From NCBI RefSeq assembly GCF_009914755.1, contig NC_060938.1: DNA of 64,000 bases. The stretch is one strand, 5' to 3'. The position numbers and the translations under genes were made by a program. Below the pieces are notes generated by a model. It did no database searches and had not been told where the DNA came from. It saw only the letters and a program-made list of their open reading frames with translations. This stretch comes from the human T2T-CHM13v2.0 reference genome, Homo sapiens. Numbering within the stretch: the first letter of the stretch is position 1; each line of letters begins with the position of its first letter. Of the stretch, positions 53,189 to 64,000 are shown piece after piece.

Positions 53189-55227
53189 AAAGCAAATATG
53201 GTTATATTGAAAGGAGAGACCTGAGAGTTGTTAAAACCTAAGTGAGGAACAAAAAGAACAGCAATTAGAACATATAGAGGAGAATTGAACTTACCCAAAT
53301 TGTCTTTGTTCATGTGGGAAAACATTACAAAAGTACAGCTATTTATTTATAGATAATAAAAATATCACTTTGATAGGCCTTATATTATCAGTATTAAACA
53401 ATTCTATAGGAAACAATTCTTATAATGAACTTCTTAGCCAAGCAAAATATTCAAATCCTGCTGATAAGAGAAAGCAGAAATTATATTTGTTTAAAGACCA
53501 TAAAATCTGGCTCCAAGGAGCACATTTATCTTTCCTGGAAGTGAGATTTACCTGAACAGATGCTCTGGTACTTTTATTTGAAGTAGTAAGTGAGGCCACA
53601 TGTATTTGCAGAGTTAGCACATATAAAAGATGAAAATTGGAAGTTGTACCCATTTTCACTGTTATGGGGATTGTTTTATGAGACACCCCAGATGTTACTC
53701 TTTGGCAAACAGTTGTTATTTTTTTTCTTTGGGGCTCAGAAGATTATCTTATGATTCTGGATATGTACCAAACTTACTCTCTAAGCGTCTGGCCTAATTT
53801 AGTCAAGCAGATAATATAAATGGACTTCCTTACTAACAAGGTTATGTATAAAATGACGGTTCACGTGGTTTGGGAATCCTTCATGAATAATGCTGCATTT
53901 CCCATGCAGGGTGATGTACTTCACTGTTTAATGAATGATGGCTGTTTGTAGAACAGAAGGCTGCATGTTCAACACAGAGACAAATTTCTTAATTTATACT
54001 GTGTGTTACAACTTCCTTTTGGCTCTGCTTGCTTTCATTATAGTATGAGATTTTAATACATGCTGAAAAGTAGGCTGATTTTGATCCAACAGCATTATTT
54101 GGTTAGTTTTCTTTTCATATACATGCGTAAAATGTCACATTTTTCCATAATTTCAATTTGTATTTTTAATATTATTTATAATAGCTTTTAATTTATTTGC
54201 TTAGCATTCAACCTATTTATTGAATCTTGGCAATAAACCAGATAGGTGCCACACATATATCTGTGTTCTGTCATTCTCCCATCTAGGTTCAATATCCAAA
54301 GCTGGTTTCATCTAGCCAAAATATGTCATGTGGAAACTTTCTTTTTGCCTCACTAATATTCTAAAGAGATGATGCCTCACTTTTCATTCCAAGTACTTAA
54401 AACGTTATCTAGGCTGCTGGATGAATGTTTTCTCACATGGGTCAGATGGCCACATTAAAAGAGCCAGAAGTTGTGCTCATCTGTTTCACTTAAGAAATCA
54501 CAATCAGCATAACATCCAGTACTACAATAATTACCACTTAATTAACATCATACTAGTCCATTTGAATCTATCATGATCCATCTATTTTTGCACAGGTCAT
54601 GCAGGTAAAATGAATAGAGATATGTTGGGAATCACCACTTTGTATGTAAGATTTTAAATGTGGCTCTAATCTCTGCAATGCCATCCTACGTGTATTGTAG
54701 CTTATCTTGGCTAGGAAGAGAAAGCAGTTTCAGGAGTTTCCATTTCACTATTCTTAATGTGTGATTCATATAGATTAGGGAACGAAAATCAGAATTCTCT
54801 TAACTTCAAGGCATAACCATGCCAATTTGGTACTCATAATTCAGACAAATAACCATAGGTTGGGACTAGAGATACATTGGAGAATCTGTGAGACATATTT
54901 TGGCAACAGTACATATATCAAATGTACTTCATAGTGTGCCAACTTAACTTGGGGGTCATGGCAGCATTTCATATAATCTAGTAGTAGAAATTATTCGCAC
55001 GTTGTACCCAAGGGCCTTCAGAAGATCTGGGTATTCTCTCTTCCCCCAGAGTATATGTTTAGTCTGATAAGGACACCAGGTACGTTTGGAGAAGGGTTGG
55101 GAGAATATTTACTTGTGGTGGAATTACAGAGTTCTTTTTAAAATTTCTGTTTTAATTTGATGGCCTCTGACTCGGAACTGGCCCAATGTTGGAAACTAGA
55201 TGGAACTTCCACTCACTCGGGTTTTTT

Positions 55228-58361
<3,134 letters not shown>

Positions 58362-58899
58362 ACTCACTAGGGTTTTTTTGTTGTTGTTGTTGTTTCCTGG
58401 TTCTACAATTAAAGTTATCCATTGTTGGTGACCTAGCTATCCTCCACAAAGTTTATTAATGGATTAATAGTTTCCATTTCACCCTTTCTTCTTATGATAG
58501 TAATTATATCCACCTTGCCTCTGAAATGTAAGCAGTATAGTGCCTGTACTTTTCTAAATCCAGAATTCTATAACTCATATTGTACTAATGAGGTCAGTTC
58601 CAAGGCATCATCTCATTCTATCAACCCTGGGGTTTAGGAGACAGCACCCCAGAGCTCGTCAAGTATGCTGCCACATTTGTTCACTCCTTATTTTCTTAAT
58701 GAAGAAAGTGTATTCTCTTTTATCTCAAATAAAAAATGTAATTTTAACATGTCCATCAGACTGAACCTTTAGATGCCTTTACAATACACTAGGGCTTATC
58801 ACTTAAAACAAATGAGGTGGCACTTATTGTTATGTAACTGGTGAGTGATTCATTTCTTGAATGCCATCACAGAAACTGCTTTTAATAATTTATTGTACA

Positions 58900-59340
58900 A
58901 ACTTACTTAGTTTGGGCTTTCCTGAAAGCAGAACCTGAGATAAGAACTTAAATGGAGTTCAAATTATTTGGGATGTGACTCCAGGAAGTCAGAGTGGAAA
59001 AGAGGAAAAATAATTAGGGAAGCAGTAAAGCCAAAGAGTGCATTACTGAGGTACTGCCATGAGCAGTGGAGATCTAATTTACCATACTTCCTGAAGGGTC
59101 TTCAGAGTGCCCACCAGAGGTGTCTGCTTGAAGGGAAGGACGCTTAAATATCTATCCACAACTCCCATTGCCGTTTCTATGAGCTTTTGCCTTCTGGTCT
59201 GTACTTACATGTTGAATGAAGCATCAAGGAATCTCTGGAGGAGAAAATGAAAATGTATGAATGGTCTGCACTTTGGAACCAAATTCTTGGTGCAAGGTAA
59301 GTCTGAGTTTGCAAGCAACTATGCATTGGATATGTGGCTG
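58900..59340 (-). mobile_element. LTR33/LTR16-like ERVL solo LTR
   Basis: ttagtttgggctttcctgaaagcagaacctgagataag..ttatttgggatgtgactccaggaag matches the reverse LTR33 end. Confidence 0.65.
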
Positions 59341-59379
59341 AAATAAAAAGTAAGTCAATGTACATGAGGCTAGACTCTT

Positions 59380-59985
59380 ACCCAATGACAAAGAAATAAA
59401 AAAAGTTTAATGTAATAAATCAGAGAATACTGTACTTTTGAGCCCTTTTTGAAGAATATTTTATAGGATGAATTTCACCCAACAAAGAAAGAACTTGGGA
59501 AACTTTAACAACAACAAAAAACAGCTAGTGAGAGTTAAATATATTTGATTGGAGATTCAAGACTAACATAAAATGGGAACAAAGATGAAAAACAGTATGT
59601 AAGTATTGTACATCCTGAAGAAAATAAAATAACACAACTAGGTAATAGGTGGGAGCTAAAGTGTATCATTTGAATATGGCAAGCCAAATTGTTGGAGCTA
59701 AAGTAAGAAAAAAAAAAGGAATTAGAAACAGCAACTAGGAAAAAACTAGAAAATCTTTCAATGCAAACATAAAAATTGAACCACACGAAAAAAGAATGAG
59801 CAAATATGAATAATATGGTAAAGTTTTGAGCAAACATTTCAGTCCTCTCTGTTAATGTAAATGGGTTTTACTCATCTATCAGGAAAGAGAGTCTCAGAAT
59901 GGCTCAAAAAAAGAAAAGTCAGACTCCATTCTTTGTATAATGGAAATATCTAAGAAAAGTTGTTCAGAAAGTTAAAGAATAAATA
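59380..59985 (+). mobile_element. Ancient L1M/HAL1 fragment (ORF1-ORF2 boundary region)
   Basis: ttaatgtaaatgggttttactcatctatc..agagtctcagaatgg resembles the ORF2 EN start. Confidence 0.5.
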
Positions 59986-59994
59986 TATGTATAT

Positions 59995-60266
59995 GTGTAC
60001 TTACACAAACTCAGATGGTATAGCCTACTCCACACCATGGCTATGTGGTATAGCCTACTCCTAGGCTACAACATGCTTCTGTACAGCTTGTTACTATACT
60101 GAATACTGTAGGCAATTGTAACACGATGGTATGTATTAGTATATCTAAACATACCTAAAATTGGAAAAGGTACAGTAAAAATATTGTATTATAATTTCAT
60201 GGAACCATATGTGGTCCGTCATTTACTAAATGATGGATATTTAGTGGCACTTTGTTATGTAGCATA

Positions 60267-60271
<5 letters not shown>
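59995..60271. mobile_element. Tigger3a (MER7A) MITE, one end missing
   Basis: gtgtacttacacaaac..gatggtatagcctac..actgaatactgtaggcaattgtaacac..aaaaggtacagtaaaaat. Confidence 0.88.
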
Positions 60272-60302
<31 letters not shown>

Positions 60303-60317
60303 TCTCTCTCTCTCGGT

Positions 60318-60355
<38 letters not shown>
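60270..60355. repeat. compound (CT)n(GT)n microsatellite
   Basis: CT run 60270-60314 and GT run 60316-60355, each with one interruption. Confidence 0.95.
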
Positions 60356-60357
<2 letters not shown>

Positions 60358-61204
60358 TGCTAGCCTGTTTCATTAAAGAAACTAAAAACCTAACAGCATA
60401 AACACCATTATATCAACAGCCACAGCTAACATCCATGTTTTCTTTCTAAATTCAGCTTTCTACTGAAAAGAACCAGGGATTTGAAGAAATGGCTGATATC
60501 AGTCCTAAGACAAAGAAAGAGCAGGGTGAGTCTGAAATAATCTTAGGAGCAAAAGCAAGGGCATATTCCAAAAACTGACAGAGGCGTGTCAAAAGTTCGA
60601 GTGAACCTTCCTAAGGGCTCCTACCTGCCAAATTTCTATGAGTAAAGCATTAAAATATAAAAAGATGGCAATTAATTAATTTAGTACAAGAGAATAATTC
60701 ATGAGTCCATAACGATATTCAAAATTAAAGTTGAGAGAAATTCTATTTTCAGAAGAATACCAGCAATAAATGTATAGTAATAAGGGAATTAAAAAATCAC
60801 CATTTCATATCCACCAATGTAACTAATGATACTGGTAAGACACCAGTAAGGATAATCAATAGATTCTTAAACTATTCAATGAAATGTTTGGGAGGACAAA
60901 TATATTCACATGGTCTCAACTATAACCTATGGGTTACTCATATGTTAATTGCAAAATTGAAAATGTGCACCACCTAAACCAAATGATCTAGTTTAACATT
61001 ATCAACATGGGACAAACTGATATTGTGTATCTCCTTGTGGAATATAATGTCAAGTATAATATGTCACATAAATGGCATTCCTGTCAAAAGATTTAATCTG
61101 AAGTTCATTATTAGAAGTCAATCAAATCCAGACTGTGGGACTTTTACAAGATACCTGGACAAGATTTTTTAAAAATGTCAATGTCATCAATGTATTAGAT
61201 TATA

Positions 61205-61251
<47 letters not shown>

Positions 61252-61700
61252 CATATATGTTACACATATATGATGTATTTAGAGAATATAAAGAAAGTTT
61301 TCTCAAATATATAAGCTATATTTGGGAGAACCTGAAAAATTTTGTATATATTGCATATTAGATAATGTTATGCCAATGTTAATATTTTTGTTTATGATTT
61401 GATTGTATAGAACATATAATCAAGTGGAGTGGTATTCTGTTCTTGGGAAATACATGTTGAAGCATCAAGGGAAGATGCTCCATAGTGTTTTTGACTTATT
61501 TTAAATAATTCAGCAAAAAGGCACACACATATGGATGACGTATATGTGTGTATTGGTTGTGTGCATTTATTTACAGAGATTGAGAAAGAGAATGAACAAA
61601 ATGTTAACATTTACTGAGTCTAGATAGGATGTACACAGTTGTCAATTATATTGTTCTTTCAAATTTTCTGTAGGTTTAAAATTGTTTTTAAATAGTTGAA
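60356..61700 (+). mobile_element. L1MC4/L1MC5-type 3'UTR
   Basis: aaaagaaccaggg..gaagaaatggctgat; caaatccagactgtggga; terminal aaattttctgtaggtttaaaatt. Confidence 0.75.
61207..61250. repeat. (TA)22 microsatellite
   Basis: Uninterrupted, read directly from the sequence. Confidence 0.95.
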
Positions 61701-62204
61701 AATATTTCAATGTTAGGAAACACATCTATGAGTAATTTGCTTTATCATCCCACCATGAAAAGAACATAACATAGCACTGTTGCTATCTTTAAGCGTCCTC
61801 AGTCTAAGTCATCTTACATGCTGGAAATGCTCTTCTTTTCAGAAACAGAAAAGGAATTGTAAGCAATCAATCATAGGTCTCTATGCATTTAGCAAACGTG
61901 GCTTTTAATTGAAGGACAATGAACTACATAAGAAATCCATAAAATTTTAATGTTGCAAGCCAAATAAAATAAATATCTTTTAAAATATTTTGGTATTATT
62001 CCTCAGCCAAACATTTTGCGACATTATTCATACTTTCAGTGAATAAAGCATGATTTCCCTGTGTGGTTTGTGCAATACATTGAAGTTTTAATATTTCATA
62101 GTTTATTTTTGATTTTATGAAGTATATTACTATGAGTCTATTAACTCATATATCCATTAAAATTATGAACTTAATATTAGATACTAGATATCCATCCTTT
62201 GAGA

Positions 62205-62390
62205 AAACTCTCTGCCATTTATAACCTTACTGAGTTTCCTCAAAATCTCATTTTTTTCATCTGTAAGACGAGGAAAATAATGTTATCTATGTCATATGTG
62301 ATTAATATTTTAAAATGTCCATCTAAAACACATAGACCAGGATTTAGCACGTTATACACACTCAGTAATCATTAATTACACTTATCAACA
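62205..62390 (+). mobile_element. MIR
   Basis: ctctgccattta..ctcatttttttcatctgtaag..ataatgttatct..acactcagtaa. Confidence 0.7.
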
Positions 62391-63369
62391 GTTATATAGA
62401 TATTATTTACCATACCTGGAGTTTGAATTTAACCCATTTACATATATCCTTATTTACTGTTTTTTCAAATGTCAAGATAACTCTCACCTATCATCTGTAG
62501 CAAATGCCCACCTCTAAATAAATAACATGAACAATGTGCAAGATAATTCCATTTGAAGATTAATTATAAGTTATGAAGCTGTTTCTTACTGGCTTTTCCA
62601 GTTATTGACCACTGGGGTCTTAGATTACACCAAAATCTCTGATTAAATATTGGGCACTAGAAAGAAGGTTACTGAAATTTCTGGATTGTAATTAGGGCAA
62701 AATGTACCCTTAGAGTTAAAAGTGCTTCTGTTACTTGGCAAGAAACTGAGTACTTCATACCCTTAGGAATGCTCTTTCACTTCCTTCCTTGTCGTCATCT
62801 GACGATTTGGGTGCAACTATTGCGGAGAACAATTACAGTCCTGGTTGGGCAACATGAGAAAACCACTTCAGTGAAAGGGCTGCTCATTATCAGCCTACAT
62901 TCTGCTGGGGCTGCCCTGGATTTATTACCTGGATCCATATTTCTAATTTTCTATACCTTTTATCACTCCAGCCTTTTATCCTGGGTAATTCATATATGCC
63001 TATTGTCTCAGTTTGGGGTTTTCTTGCTTGCTCTCCAAACAAATCTACCAAGGCTAACCTAGAGTAAATATATACATATATACACATATGACATGCTTGC
63101 ATATGTGTCTCTGTATGTGTATATGTGTGCATATGTTAAAGTTAGCTTCCTAACACTGAATAAATTTGTCCAAGCTTATAGAATCGTTGGTGGAGGGAAA
63201 TCTAAAGATCTAAGTCTAGAATCTAGGGCTATTTTTCTGTGGCCTAACACTGCGTTGTTATGTGCAACACACCATGTTGCATGCATTACTCACATAATTT
63301 TTGGTCCATGGAACTTATAATAATAAATTTTGAATTAATGATAGCTTAATCTGCATATATGTTATAATA

Positions 63370-63680
63370 ATAGAATTTGATATAGGGGTGGGATTTAAAA
63401 GTTATTTGGTCCAATCATAGAATTTGATGCAGGTGTGGAATTTAAAAGTTATTTGGTCCAATCTTTTCTGTCAAGGCAGGAACTCTGTCTGGCATATCCC
63501 TGACAGAAGATAATTTAAACTTTTATTTATAGTATGCAAGAAAGAGGTCCCTCAAAACCTCATAAATGAGCACATAAGAAGAAAATTCTATTCACATAGA
63601 AAAATACTTCCTTAATTTGAATTGTGCTTATTTTTCTCAATATATCTGCTATGGCCCTAACTTTTATTTATAATTGGCTA
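63370..63680 (-). mobile_element. L3/CR1 remnant with a 47-bp tandem duplication
   Basis: atagaat..tggtccaa..gcaggaactc..atccctgacaga resembles the reverse CR1/L3 3' end. Confidence 0.5.
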
Positions 63681-63721
63681 ATTTGCTAATGTATATGAGA
63701 GTGAAGGAATCTCAGATTACT

Positions 63722-63788
63722 TATCATCTATCTATCTATCCACCTATCTATCTATCCATCCATCCAATTACCTACCTATCCCTATCCA
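63722..63788. repeat. degenerate (TATC)/(CATC)/(TACC) tetranucleotide repeat
   Basis: Read directly from the sequence. Confidence 0.85.
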
Positions 63789-64000
63789 TAATCTAACTAT
63801 GTATTCAAAGTAGGTAAGAAAGACAGAAAATTCTCCAAATCCATATATAATCTAAACATACACTTTAAACAGACAAGATTCCAAGAACACTAGAAGAAAA
63901 TGAAGGAATACAAAGCTTTTAACCACATTTAAATGAAAAAGCCGCATAATCTACTTTTGCCTCACAGAGGAAGGCTTAAATACATAAGTAGCTATTTTCC

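Overview
AT-rich, CpG-poor primate genomic DNA, most likely human or ape: it carries AluJ/AluS, L1PA4/5 and an LTR14-type HERV-K LTR. It looks intergenic or deep-intronic. I recognise no cellular protein-coding gene, tRNA, rRNA, CpG island or CRISPR array, and almost every long ORF in the track comes from L1, Alu or microsatellite sequence. The window is a layered record of transposable elements. It holds a 5-kb L1PA7/8-age element nested in the 5'UTR of an older L1, and a twin-primed (5'-inverted) L1PA4/5 with a ~2.4-kb internal gap. There are also several old L1M copies, six Alus (one a closely spaced inverted pair), solo LTRs (MST, LOR1, LTR14-type, MLT1, LTR33-like), two Tigger MITEs and MIR/L2/L3 remnants. 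The best non-repeat signals are two abutting perfect hairpins at 42.8 kb, a weak frame-consistent chain of minus-strand candidate exons at 16-17.8 kb, and a 157-codon ORF near the start. I found no convincing new biological system. Subfamily names come from recalled consensus sequences and need RepeatMasker/Dfam confirmation.
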